A stretch of 64,000 nt of DNA. It comes from Marsupella aquatica (Eukaryota > Plantae > Marchantiophyta). A program made the position numbers and the translations under genes. Within the stretch, counting starts at the first letter, position 1, and the number at the start of each line of letters is the position of its first letter. The stretch is taken from contig OZ316892.1 of NCBI GenBank assembly GCA_973895155.1, positions 17,660,357 to 17,724,356 of the forward strand, given 5' to 3'. The notes under the pieces are model-generated. The model ran no database searches, had not been told where the DNA came from, and was given only the letters and a program-made list of their open reading frames with translations. Shown here piece by piece: positions 52,382 to 64,000 of this stretch.

Positions 52382-53584
52382 ATGGAGCCATTTCAAGTTC
52401 TCCCGCCGGAGGGATATGATAGCGATGATGATAGCAGCAGTGATGATGAAGAAGCAAATGCTTCAAGCATTGAGCAACTCATGGTACTTCTGGTACTGTC
52501 CATGTCTTCGTACGTATCTTCAAATGATGCATTGCTTTCAACCAATTGAACTGTCAAGAGAAAATCAAATTTCTGTCAATCCAGTTGTGGGAGTTCACGA
52601 TGTGTTGAGCAGATTGCAGGCAACTCCAGATCGGTTTAAGGACTTAACTAATTTTATGGTACATGAATTTGTAGAGCTCTGTGCAAAGGTATGTCCTGTC
52701 ATTGAGACCAATGCTAGATCAACTGAAACCAGAGCTATTGTTTCAGGTCGCCCTTGTAAGTTGACTCTCGAGCAGAGGCTGCTGAATTTCATCTTATATA
52801 TGAAGCACGACAATATTATTCACTTTGACTCTATGTTCTGGAATTGGGCTAGATCTGTTGTGTGTGATGATGCTATATTCGTAGCATCATGCTTGAATGA
52901 TGCTATTGCAAATGAAATTTGTTGGCCAACCCCAGAGGAAAGGAGACAGTTAGCTCAGCATCATCCACAATTGCTAGGATGTATTGGAATTGTTGATGGT
53001 ACCCTTTGCAGAATTCGTAGACCTTATGAGGATCAGTACCACAACAAGTGGTATCAAGGAAGGAAGAAGATGTACTGCATGAATAGTTTTGTAATTGTAG
53101 ATCACCATGGACTTTTCATTTTTTTGTCGATCCTGGCTATCCAGGCAGCTACCATGATGTGACAATTCTTAAGAATTCTTGGGTTGAAAGGACAATGAGG
53201 AACTTGTTTGCTAATTCTGAGAGGTATTTTGAATACATCCTTGGTGACCAGGGGTACACCAGCCTGGAAAGATACATCATGAGAGGTTTTTCAAAAACAG
53301 AGATTAATGCCATGCACTTGGACAACAATTGTGCTGTGAGGCAATTCAATAAGATGTTGTCTGGGTATCGAGTTCGTGTTGAATGGGGCATTGGTGGCCT
53401 GAAGATGAAGTGGAGACGTCTCCAGAAACGATTCGACCTAGTCAGGCCCAAGTTTGTGATTACCTTCCAAGCTGCTGCTTTGATGACTAATTTTCTCCAC
53501 CGACGACGACAAAATATGAGGGCAAGCATCGAAGGTCCACAGGAAAGGAGACCCGAGAGACGAGGTTGGGCAGGAGACCCATAG
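52382..53584 (+). pseudogene. PIF/Harbinger DDE transposase (about 2 frameshifts)
   Basis: GCIGIVDGTLCRIRRP, VDPGYPGSYHD (after T-run frameshift at about 53120), ILGDQGY, FNKMLSGYRVRVEWGIGGLKMKW; acidic N-terminus from ATG 52382. Confidence 0.93.
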
Positions 53585-54072
53585 GGATTTGCAATTTGAT
53601 AAGACAACATAGATTCTTGTTCATATGTATACACATAGTTGCAACTACAGCCAAATTTTGAAAAATTTTGGATAGTTCGAGTAGGAAGGGTATATGGACA
53701 GTAGCTATTATGTATGAACTCAGTTCTTGAGTACTACTTATTGCAATAAAAGCAAGTCAAATGCTTTGTTATTACTTCAGAGTCATGTACGTGCATCCAC
53801 ATCTACTTCAGTCCAATTTGCTTCAGTCTGTGCTTGAGTCCAATCTTAGTTGTGAGCAAGACAAATTGTGGAATCACTACTATCAATGCACATTTGGATT
53901 GTACCATTCTCGACATGCTCTCTGTCAACAGATTGTAGATTAAGTTCGAATGCAACAATTACAAAAATGTTGGCATTGTAAACTACTTTCAGATCACTTG
54001 TAGCTGCTAACCCCCGGCTAACTAAACAAAACTCTCTGTCTACAAGGATCCCCTGCAAGTACTTTGATAGTT

Positions 54073-55996
54073 CTACAAACCAAAAACCACTTTACACTTC
54101 TCTCGGAATTCATCTTCACTGATCAATCCAATGCTCCTATGCTCCTTTAGCAATGCTATTTCAGCTAGTTGGTTTTGCTTCTCCTGTCCTACTCGTCTGG
54201 CCTCGGACTCCAACTGCTTTGTGCTCAACATGGCAGCCCTCATAACTGAGTATTGTTTCTTGCTTTCACTGTTAGTATTGGATCGCTCAGTGATTGTTCA
54301 AAACTCTGATAACATGGATGAAATGTCATCCCCTGCTCGCTTCAAATTCTGGGATTTGGATGGAGGCCTCTCAACCTGCCTAGGAGGTGATTTGGGCCGA
54401 GGGGGGCCTGCTGCAACTCCAGAAAGGGCAGCCGATCCATCTACCTCATTTGCTGCTGCTGGTGATTGTTGAGCCCCAGACATAGATTGAAGGGGAATGG
54501 TAAAGTCCATGGGATGAATTTGTCCATTAGATGCACTCTCCCTCACTTTAAGTACATTTCGAGCCTTCCAGGATGGTGTTTCCATGAGCTTCACCATTAG
54601 CTCTTCATCTTGGGGTGTAGCTCCAACACCATTCTCAGGATTATTAACATCAGACTTCATCTCAGTCAAGCTTTTCCTCAAGTGGTCCTTCAAGCTATCT
54701 TGCATGAATGGGGAACCTGGGAACTCCTTCTCAAAATCAGCATAAACTTGGATGCAAACCTTGTTTGGGATCAGTTGTGATATCTGCTTCTTCCGGCCCT
54801 GGCTGAAAATGTTGAAGTACTTCCAGTAGTCTGTTACAAGTTTCACAACATGGTCCCCTTCAACAACCTGTCGCCCCACCTTGTCTGTATCCACGGTCTC
54901 TTTCCCCTTCACAACATTTTTTTGTCGACACTGTTTGTCCTTTGCACTAGTTGCAGAAGCCCTTCCCTGAATCCCTGCATTGTGCTCCATGCTGGTGACC
55001 TCAAAATCGTGAGATTCCTCTTGGGCTGCCTCTGCTCTCACCTCTGCTTCCTTCTCCAGGGTCATCCAAGATGGATTGGAATTGTTTTTCTCAGTACTAC
55101 CTTCAACTGTACCAGCTGAGCCTGCAGATCCTTGGGTAGTGGAGCTCCCACTAATCTGGCGTAATTCAGTGACAGGTGGGAGATCAAGTATCCCTGTCCT
55201 GATGCGGTTGTCGTTAATTCTGTCCAAGTAATTTGAAACTGCAACAAATATTTCAATCAAATTTCAACTTAGATGAGTACAAATTAAGGCAACAAGTAGG
55301 CAAGAGAGGATTCGAATTGAGTCATGGGGAAGAGAGTTTGAATTCCATGGATTTTCTTTAATCCAGAATTTCAGATGAGATACATCAGCAGCTGGTAGGC
55401 AACAAAGGATTTTTGAATTGAAGTACTGAAATTGATGAGATTTTCAAGAGTGGACTACTGCACGTTCCCATTGTGCATTGGCAGGAGAGAAACGTAGAAT
55501 GAGAGATTGCACCAAACAGCCAAAGAAAGATTTATGCATAAGGCAGTTGATGACTACAAGATCAAAGAACGATCAATCTTGTCCTAGTAATTACAAGATG
55601 ACTACAAGATCAAAGGAAGAGAAAGCACATAGGGAGCATTTCAGGCTGAAACTTACAGATTCTTTTGTGATGACTACAAGATCAAAGAAATAGAGAGCAT
55701 GCAGGGATCGAGCACTTTAGACTCACAAGAGAATTTTGGTTTTGGTACTGTCGTAACAACTGCTTCCCCTACAGCCGGCTCTGAAGGCAGCGCCTCCTGT
55801 TGAGCTTCAACCTCACGATCTCCAATGCTTGATGGCCCTTCATCCAGGCTTGCTGCTCCGCGAGAACAGCCGCTCTCAGCAATCGAGCTGCCCTGCGTAT
55901 TGACGATTCTCCCCTCTTCACTCCATTCTGCTCATCGACAGGATCCATGGTGGGAGGAACTGACCTAGATCTCAATTGCTTGCCTTCGGCCGCCAT
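54073..55996 (-). pseudogene. Harbinger second gene (putative Myb/SANT-like DNA-binding partner), two exons, convergent with the transposase
   Basis: 320-aa ORF 54298-55260 continues past one TGA into a coiled-coil-like tail ending 54073. Inferred exon 1 is 55996-55727, with a GT..AG intron 55726-55239. The two-gene layout is typical of PIF/Harbinger; the Myb/SANT assignment rests on context. Confidence 0.65.
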
Positions 55997-58900
55997 ACCT
56001 TTAATTCCTTGCCCTCCACAAAATCCCTGCCCTCGACGTGGGCTCTTCCCCAAACTCCTTGGACATTGATTCAAATGTCACATAGGGGGCAAAAAGTTTG
56101 TTTCCATTGAAAATGGGCCTGGGAAACTTCTCACCCTGTATCGTGTTCTCTTCATCGGGCATCGTTAACCACCAACGAGGGTTAAGTTAACTGACCCAAG
56201 AATATTGTGGTTAACTTTAACTCGACTACCTTTTTTTGGACTTTACGGATATCTCTACTGACGGGTCAGTATTTCCATCAAACACTTACAACATTCTCGT
56301 CTCAGAATTCTCTAATTCTATCAAACTCTAAATGTATAAATTAGTACTAATAGGGGCACAGGATCACAAATGCAAGAAACCCAACCAACAAAAGAGAAAT
56401 ATGTAAATTAGTTGGTGGACCCCTTGGCTAATTGAGAAGTCTGCTTTTCTCAACAATAATTAAACCCTAAGCTTTCTAGTAGCTGAGTCATGTTTGTAGA
56501 AGATGTGTCGCCCAATTTGTCAATGTACTATCAAATAATTGGAAATTCTGGAGATTTCACTACAGTTTGACTTTGGCAAATTTTGAATCAGAGGTTAATA
56601 GCCTCATCACCTTGAATGACGCAACTATTCACCAAATGGAGAAGGGCAGAGCTTAAGCTTAGAGAAGAGAGAAGTTTGATTAGGAAAGGAAGTTGGTAGC
56701 CATGTTGTGTTGGACAAGTATGATAGATTTTACAGTTTGTATTGTTTAGATTTTATTTTCTCACAAAATCATTGTGGGACCCATTCAAAGATGGCCTGAG
56801 CAGTTTGGCATTCCTTCAACTGCCACACTTTGCTTTGTAGGCCAGAGTTCACAGCGTGGTTATCACACTAGAAGAAACCGGCCCATTCTGAGACCCTGCC
56901 TTAAGTGACTCTAATGAGACCTTGCAAAATTTGTGACTCCTAGGTTTTGGGTGTCATTATAGTTACAAGTTGTGGACTGAGTTTTGGAGAATTCTTGGGA
57001 AGTCATTTCTATAACTATTGGGGAAGTTGCAACTATAACTAAGTTCAGCCAACAAGAATGAAGTTGTATAAGTGACTCCCTCTACAATAGAGCGTTATAT
57101 ATGTAAGAGAGCCTTAGGGTTTAACACCACAATCTAACCACATTTGACCCCGCCCAACACATACCATTTAGGATATATCCTAATTTTCTTAGTTGTCAAT
57201 GGGACTAAAGGAGATGCCCTCGGGATATTGTGTGAGTACGCAACTCTACAAGGTAAGTAAAGGTCCTTGGTCAATGTCAATGCTAACAGATCTCAAATAT
57301 ATACTCTACATTAGAGTAGACTGAATTACAACATATGTATGCCACAAGTTTACAAGTGTTACAACATAACAAAATAATCCCAACTAGCTAGGGTCCCACA
57401 ATGGCATGCATGTAATATTAATTGGACTCATTTTTGTGTCTAAATGGGTACATTTGAAGTTATCTCCTTGGTTATCTCTAACTCTCACATATGCAAGGGC
57501 AGGTTATTTTTACTTATTGCACGCCATGCCATGCATACATACCGTCATGTACCCCCTCCACACATTGTTCCATCTAGATTCCTTTAATTAAAGGTTCAAA
57601 ATCACCAAGAACTGGGAATGCAGCTGGAACCTCCATGTACTTGGCATGTCTACATGTTATAATTAGACATATCTGATAATGGCACCCCACACACTATGCT
57701 CATGGAATGAGCATAAGAACTTGTGACAGTCCTTACCTTAATTAATCAAGCAAGGATCTGACGGTCGTAAACTTAATCAAAGGATGATCTGACGGTTGAA
57801 AACAAATATGGGCACATTAAACCAGGTTTAGGGTTTAATGGATTCCTTCACGCCAACTCCCATTGCGCCTTGGATTCCTTTGGATTTGCGGACGAGGAGC
57901 TGATCGCGCATTCTTTGCGAGGGAAAAAAGGGGGCAGTTTGTCGATCACTAAGGCTGAAGCTGCATTGACAAATTGCAATCCCGACTGCAATGGGAGTAG
58001 TAGGAGGCAAGAAGAGCGAGTTTAGGGTGTTGCATAGACAAAACAGAATGTGAGTCGTAGGCAACATTCAGCCATTGTATGTGTTTAGCATTGATCATAG
58101 GCACTGTGGGAGGCACTGCAGGAGGCGTTTGCCACTGCGCAAGGCACTGTAGGAGGCACTTGTTCCTTCAAGCTGGGAGAGTCAATTTGACGTTCAGCTG
58201 CAACCTGGGATCGAGAACCAGGAGCTTCTCATTGCGATTTGGTGTGCATTTGGACTGTTCTTGCAAAGTGGGACTCCAGGCCTGGAGACATTGCATTGAT
58301 CGCCTTTGGATGTACATTGCAGTCCGACTAGGAGGCTTTCAAGTGGAGCTAGGTTGGAAGTGAGTTGAAGATTGAGTTGCCATCACATTGCAATAGCGGG
58401 GGATTGTTGCTCAGCTTCACATACTGCTACGGATTACTACGCAGCTTCAGTTTGAGCGGCTTGGTGCTGCATCAGCCCATGTAAGGCTGCAATCCCCTAT
58501 CTTTGCTATGTGACCTCGCGGCTGCAAGTTTGGTTGACTTCTTTGTGCTGTGAAGCTGTTTTTGACTCAGGTTCCGGCCAAGTTTCACCAGCGCAAATTT
58601 TTCTAAACATGAGTGTGGGCTACAACTGGTGAGGTGGAAGGGATAAGAAAATGCGCTACCGTCATTGACAACATCTCAACCTTTTACAGTGAGCGCTATT
58701 GACATTCGGCCGGCTGTAAGTGTATTTCAAGCTTGACTTTAACTTGCCATCTGCATGAACCGGCTTGCAATAGATGTTGTAGCTTTTGCTTAGCTGCATT
58801 CACCTCCCAAGATGCCCCGTGACATCCAGGTTTGCACAATGAGATAATAAGGCTGAAATGATAAGGTAGTGATTGCCAATGGATAAAAAGCTTTATGAGA

Positions 58901-60537
58901 GTTGCTTCAACGTTCAGCTGCAAACTAGGATTAGGAACCAGGAACTTGTCGCGGCAGTCCAGCTTGTTTACTTGGAGCCGGAGCTGGAGTCAAGTTTCAC
59001 ATGTTTCTTGTTTAGTGACAGAGTACTTCTGAGAAATGTGACAGCCCCTGTGAGAGCTTTCGGCACCAGTGAGGTAAAGGGTGTTCTTACTCATGCAATA
59101 GTCACTTTGACCTTCTGAGTTTCAACAAATTGAGTTTCAAGTGCGGGCACTGAGAGTTGACCTGTTTGAGCTGGGGTCACTGAGAGTTGAGCTCTTTGAG
59201 CTACGGTTACAGAGAGTTGAGCTGTTTGAGATGCGGTCTCATAAGTGAACTATATAGATCCTCCCCCGTGTAAACGTCTAGCATAGTCACATGTCCAAGC
59301 TTTGCTTTTGACTCTGAATATATTCACTGTCAACCATTGAAGGAGCTACGTGCATGAATTGTCTACTTATTGGGTTGTTTAGGGATTCAATATACAAAAA
59401 TGACAACTTGAGTAAGGCAGTCTACGGAGGCGCGAAAGAGTCGCGAGGAGTCGAGTTCAGCTACGGCAGTATTCACTTCAGTTGTCTCAATGTGGTTGGC
59501 GTGAGCTGCAGGTGAGCTTAGCTGTGTGCACATTTCATGTAAGTCAGGTGGTCGGTGTTTTAGGCATTGCGGAACTTGATTGACCACCCCATGGCTAAGG
59601 TTTAAGGTGCGGACTACAACAAATATGTGTTGTTGCTGAAAGTGTTGGTGGTGAGCGACAACTGGTATTGTTTCAGCTAAAGGGAGCACATTGGAGCTTG
59701 TGTATCCATGACCTGCGACCGATTGCGGTTGCCTGCTGTTACAATTGCCGAATCAATCACGCACCCAATCTTGCGGGCAGACACAACTTTGCGGGAGTGT
59801 TGAAGGTTTAGGGTGAGCAACAGCGGAGAGCTCATTGCTTGGTGGCAGGGTTGAAGGTGGATGATCGGGCTGCAAGGCCAACCGGGGACTTGTTTTGCAT
59901 TGAGCGATTGCTGCGGATTGCTACGCAGCTTCAGTTAGGGCGGCTTGGTGCTACATCGGCACAGGTAAGGCTGCAATCCCCTATCGACGCGGACTCACCT
60001 CGTGACTGCAAGTATAGTTGTCTAGGTGATGTATGCATTGCGTGTTTAGGGTCTAGGTGACATCGCTGCTAAGCAAAATTTGTGAGCTGCCTAGGTCCAT
60101 TGCCGAATGTTGCTTCCTTTAAATTACCTGGTGCCTGCTGTTACAATCGCCTGCTCAATCATGCACCCAATCGCCTGGAGCTCATTTGCCTGGAGCTTCA
60201 TCCGTCAGATTCAAACTGTTATTGCTGCTCTGCCCTTTTGCCATGGGTTGCCGGCCTACCGGATGCTATCAACAGATTAAGAACAAGTCATATCCTAAGT
60301 CCCGGTGTTGCAGTGATGTCCCCGACCCTAAGATGCTTTCCAAACTCATCTTTCTTGTTTCCTGTTGCTGCTGATGTATGTATGTTCTCCCCTATTTTTG
60401 CTTACAGATTGGTCTCTCCACACTTCTTGCTTGACATGATTGTTTTGCTCCTCCCTGTATCAGAACATGCCTTGTGCCCGGCGGTGGGGTGGGGGGGTGA
60501 ACAGACGACCTTAAGGTTCACTACATTTCTAGGAACT

Positions 60538-60698
60538 GTGCATCTTTCAGCTGATTTTAGCCGCAAGTTCCCTTGCTTTCCCCTGTTTTTGCTAAGATCC
60601 CTCCCACTAATCACATGCATCTTTCAGCTGATTTTAGCCGCAAGTTCCCTTGCTTTCCCCTGCTTTTGCTAAGATCCCTCCCCACTAATGACATGCAT
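60538..60698. repeat. Direct duplication, about 78 bp x2
   Basis: tgcatctttcagctgattttagccgcaagttcccttgc...cccactaat occurs twice. Confidence 0.95.
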
Positions 60699-61889
60699 CC
60701 TTTACTTTTCTCGGTGGCCCGTGCGCCTGCCTTCCTACTTTCGTTCTTATGGACTCTCCTTAGGTTTTCATTCACCTGGTTTTGGACTTTTTGCTCCGGT
60801 GGAATCTGTCTTGACAACTTGTGTTTGTTCTAATTGTTAATATCTCAAGAGGGTCGTCAACTAAGCTGAAAGGAGTCAAAGCTAACTACAAGCTAGCAAA
60901 ATAATACAGAGAATGCTCCCAAGTCGAGTCAGGAGGAAGTTACTAAAACTAGACCTTCACAACTCTCGAAACTGGAAAGTGAAATTCAGCGTGAGACACG
61001 TAGCTGAAGGCCACAAGGATAACTATATGGCCACGCTGTCCCCCATTCAAGTCCAAAGTCCTCTTCAGATTGTCTGAACTCCTATTGAATGTATTGAATA
61101 ATTATTTCATCACAGAAATTTTCAGAACAAACACGGAAGCACCAGGGGGCTGAGGATTAGGTATTGAGGCTGAAGACATTGAGGTCATAAACTAGGTGTG
61201 GTTCGGGTGACAATGTTAGCAACTGATGCTTCTTCAGGGGAACTTCCCATGTGCAGTTTATCCACACATGATTGACTTTGGTTCTTGCTGTTTTTCTTTT
61301 GGTGTACTCTTGAGTTTGGTGTCACTCTATCCTTTCCTGTAGCCTCGAAATAGGAACACACCTGCTTAGTGGTCCCCAATCGCCCAATGATTTATAATGA
61401 CTGTGTCTAGGTGATGTATGCATTGCGTGTTCATTCCAGAAGAATGAATATGTACACTTTGCACAAACCTAGACAGATTTTGAATGTTATTTATCTGAGT
61501 TTCTGTTTGTGAGCTCTGACTTGGAGCCTTAACATTTGTGTTTCTGTGGGGCTGAGCAGAGTTTGTTCAGTCTAGAAGCTGCTGTACTGAAGTGATCAGC
61601 CTCCGGCTTGGAGGTGAATCTTCAATTTTTTGTGGATCCGAGTGACTTCTGTCCAACTGAGTTTTGCTTTGTCGGGACGATTGTGTTTGGCTAAGATGCT
61701 AGATTGTGGCTTGTCTTCTTGCTTCCAGCTTGTGTATTTTCAATTAATAGAAGTTGGGAACGAAGTGATAATTGAATTTCCTTATATTAAGCATCTTCAC
61801 CTAGAAACTCAATACATAAACTCCAGGATTCCCTCGGGACATAAAATGAGCCAAATTGTCTCAAAATTGGGAACCTGCACCCGCACTAC

Positions 61890-62232
61890 TCAAACAATTG
61901 TGTTGGGCTTGGTGGCCTTGTAAGTCTTCTTTAGCTTTCGCAATGGAGGTTGAATCTTGCAGTACGTCAAGGGGAACTTGATCTTTGAATCATGGAACTG
62001 CTTGGTACTTTCTCGCTTGCACAGAGAGACAGGGACTGTCGTAGTCTTCATGATCTGGATGCAAGGGAACCGAACTCTATGACAAGAAGCCATCTCATCA
62101 TACATCTGCTCTGCAGCTCCGTTTCTTGTGGTATCACAATATTCCTTGTACATGTTGTGATAACCTGTACGACTCTGATACGTGGACCCAGATACCGAAG
62201 TTCTTAATTGTGGTGGGCTTCTTTTTGAAGAT
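61890..62232 (-). pseudogene. RPL18A: 60S ribosomal protein L18a (eL20) last-exon fragment
   Basis: CAG acceptor, then [15 protein letters not shown], a 1-bp frameshift, then [51 protein letters not shown]. No upstream exons seen in the window. Confidence 0.93.
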
Positions 62233-63240
62233 CTGGTAGACACATTATTCAGCATTTGCTAACTTCGAAACTAGAAGGGTAACACATTAAACAACAGAGA
62301 AACTCACAACATCCTCCTTTGGTCCTTCAGAGTCTGTACTTTGATTCTGAAGTTTGACTGAGTTTTTGTTTACTAAAAGAATGTGACTGTGTAAGAGTTC
62401 CGTTTGGCAGTGGATTGGTTGAAGCACTTCATGCTAGTGTGTTGTCCACAGCTCTTCAACCAGCTTTCGTCTTCCTTGTCTTTCACCACTTACGATGACA
62501 TCAATTCAGCTAAGACCATAGAAGGTTCCAAAGCATCTAACTTGTAAAATCGCATTCTGTTACATCAAGGACTAAGGTGTTGGGTGCCAAAGGAGACAGC
62601 ACAACAAACACGCTGAAAAGACTTCAGGACTGGGTTCAACAAGGTAGTGAAGGTGCTTAGAGCCATAGTAAGTATGCATTCTGTATCTTTCTCTATTGAT
62701 GTGAGCTTGTGCATAATGGGAGTTGTAGTTGGCAAGAGTTCCAAATATGAATAGATCCAGAAGTATGTGATCATGTACTTGCTCTATAAAGTTCTGAAGA
62801 TATAAGCATTTTCTGTTAGACCAGGCAACTTGGGAGTTGGTAAGTGTCACCTGCATCTGAGGGGCTACACCGGGGCATCAGTGGAGGTTCACTTGCACAA
62901 CACGACAACCAGTGAATTTTCTCTCTGCTGCAACCTGCAAGGTGAGACTTTCGGTCTTTCTGGATGAAAAAACAGGAGTTTAATATGATTGATATACATG
63001 TCCGTCAAGAATATGGGTTTATCACCAAGCTCTTTGTCTTAGGAAACTCATAAACTCAGAATCAAATATGTACTATGCACGTTTCATGCTATGTGTATAC
63101 TATGACCTGTAGTTGGAACCAAGACAATGAGTGGGAACTGATTAGTTTAGGTGGTTGCTGTTGGCGAGGCAAGTCGACCTCCTGCTCACCTTGCTCATCA
63201 AAGGACGTGAACAGAGGACATCACAACGAAAGCAACACTT

Positions 63241-63690
63241 ATGGTGAGGACCCGCAACGCTGAACATGTGCGACTTGCACGCAAGGCAGAGATGTTGCGC
63301 CTTGAGTATGTCAGACTTGGGATCCTTCCAGCCCAGTCTGCATGGTACTTTGAGTACCCTGTTGTTTCTAGGAACAACTACAGCCGGCCTCTACCTGCTT
63401 CAGTACCCTTCCCGACATCCTTGGTATTTGTGTCTCTTGTACATGACCCGCCACAAATTAGGTGCCAAGGGTGTGTACACAGTTGCCAATATGACTGTCC
63501 TGCCTGTAGGGCTTCTGGCCCAGAATTGGATGACCGTTCTCTTGGATGCCGATTTTTGCACAGAGCACAATGTATCATCTGGAACCACTCGCCATCCTGC
63601 AGTGTGCCTGGTGATGTCACTTGTCCTGCCCTCCCAGACCCCACCACCGGTGACTTTGGTGTCTACACATGTTTGGATCACATGCTCTAG
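63241..63690 (+). CDS. Hypothetical 149-aa Cys/His-rich protein
   Basis: Uninterrupted ATG-TAG ORF with CQGC, CPAC and further Cys/His; no family recognised. Confidence 0.3.
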   Translation: MVRTRNAEHVRLARKAEMLRLEYVRLGILPAQSAWYFEYPVVSRNNYSRPLPASVPFPTSLVFVSLVHDPPQIRCQGCVHSCQYDCPACRASGPELDDRSLGCRFLHRAQCIIWNHSPSCSVPGDVTCPALPDPTTGDFGVYTCLDHML

Positions 63691-64000
63691 AGGACCACTT
63701 GTCACACCGCATGCACAGACCAGATACCATTGACCTATAGCTTAACACTCTGACTTCAACACAGAGGATATTTACTTAAAATTTTGATGTATGAGCAATT
63801 TTGGGTCCAGGGTTTAGGGTCAACAGTACATAACTTATATCCTATTATGCCTGCACTAAGCAAAATATCCTAATTTAAGAGGCTAGCAAACTCGCATAAA
63901 AGTCTCTATTGAAAGACTGCTTTCATGACTGCTTTAACCTGGTGAACATTGCAACGTTGAATGAATTAATGGGCCATGTGATAATATGCAAAATGATTTA

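Noticed and set aside
50880-56390. Harbinger TIR pair (gtgcctcta / taggggcac)
   Set aside because: Only 8/9 bp, interrupted beyond that, and no TAA/TTA TSD.
62572-62856. cox3-like HYLVEPSP motif
   Set aside because: Single short resemblance; the surrounding sequence does not fit.

Overview
Eukaryotic DNA, most likely a land plant (probably bryophyte or lycophyte; not provable here). It is transposon-dense, and I recognise no intact host gene. The centrepiece is an 8.6-kb decayed Ty3/gypsy-type retroelement (29158-37792) with the order gag (2 CCHC knuckles) - aspartic protease - C5 cytosine DNA methyltransferase - RT - RNase H - integrase - PHD finger. The methyltransferase is split over several frames and is not visible as one ORF in the track. 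The element has TG..CA termini and a candidate 4-bp TSD but no paired LTRs, and three GGGGGGAG purine tracts fall at its module boundaries. Also present: a two-gene PIF/Harbinger transposon (about 52.4-56.0 kb), a 1.85-kb foldback element with about 560-bp TIRs, several MITEs with TSDs, hairpin-rich minisatellites, old LINE remnants, a tRNA-like SINE head, and two host-gene fragments (DnaJ-type zinc-finger gene; last exon of RPL18a). All calls come from reading by eye; no searches were run.
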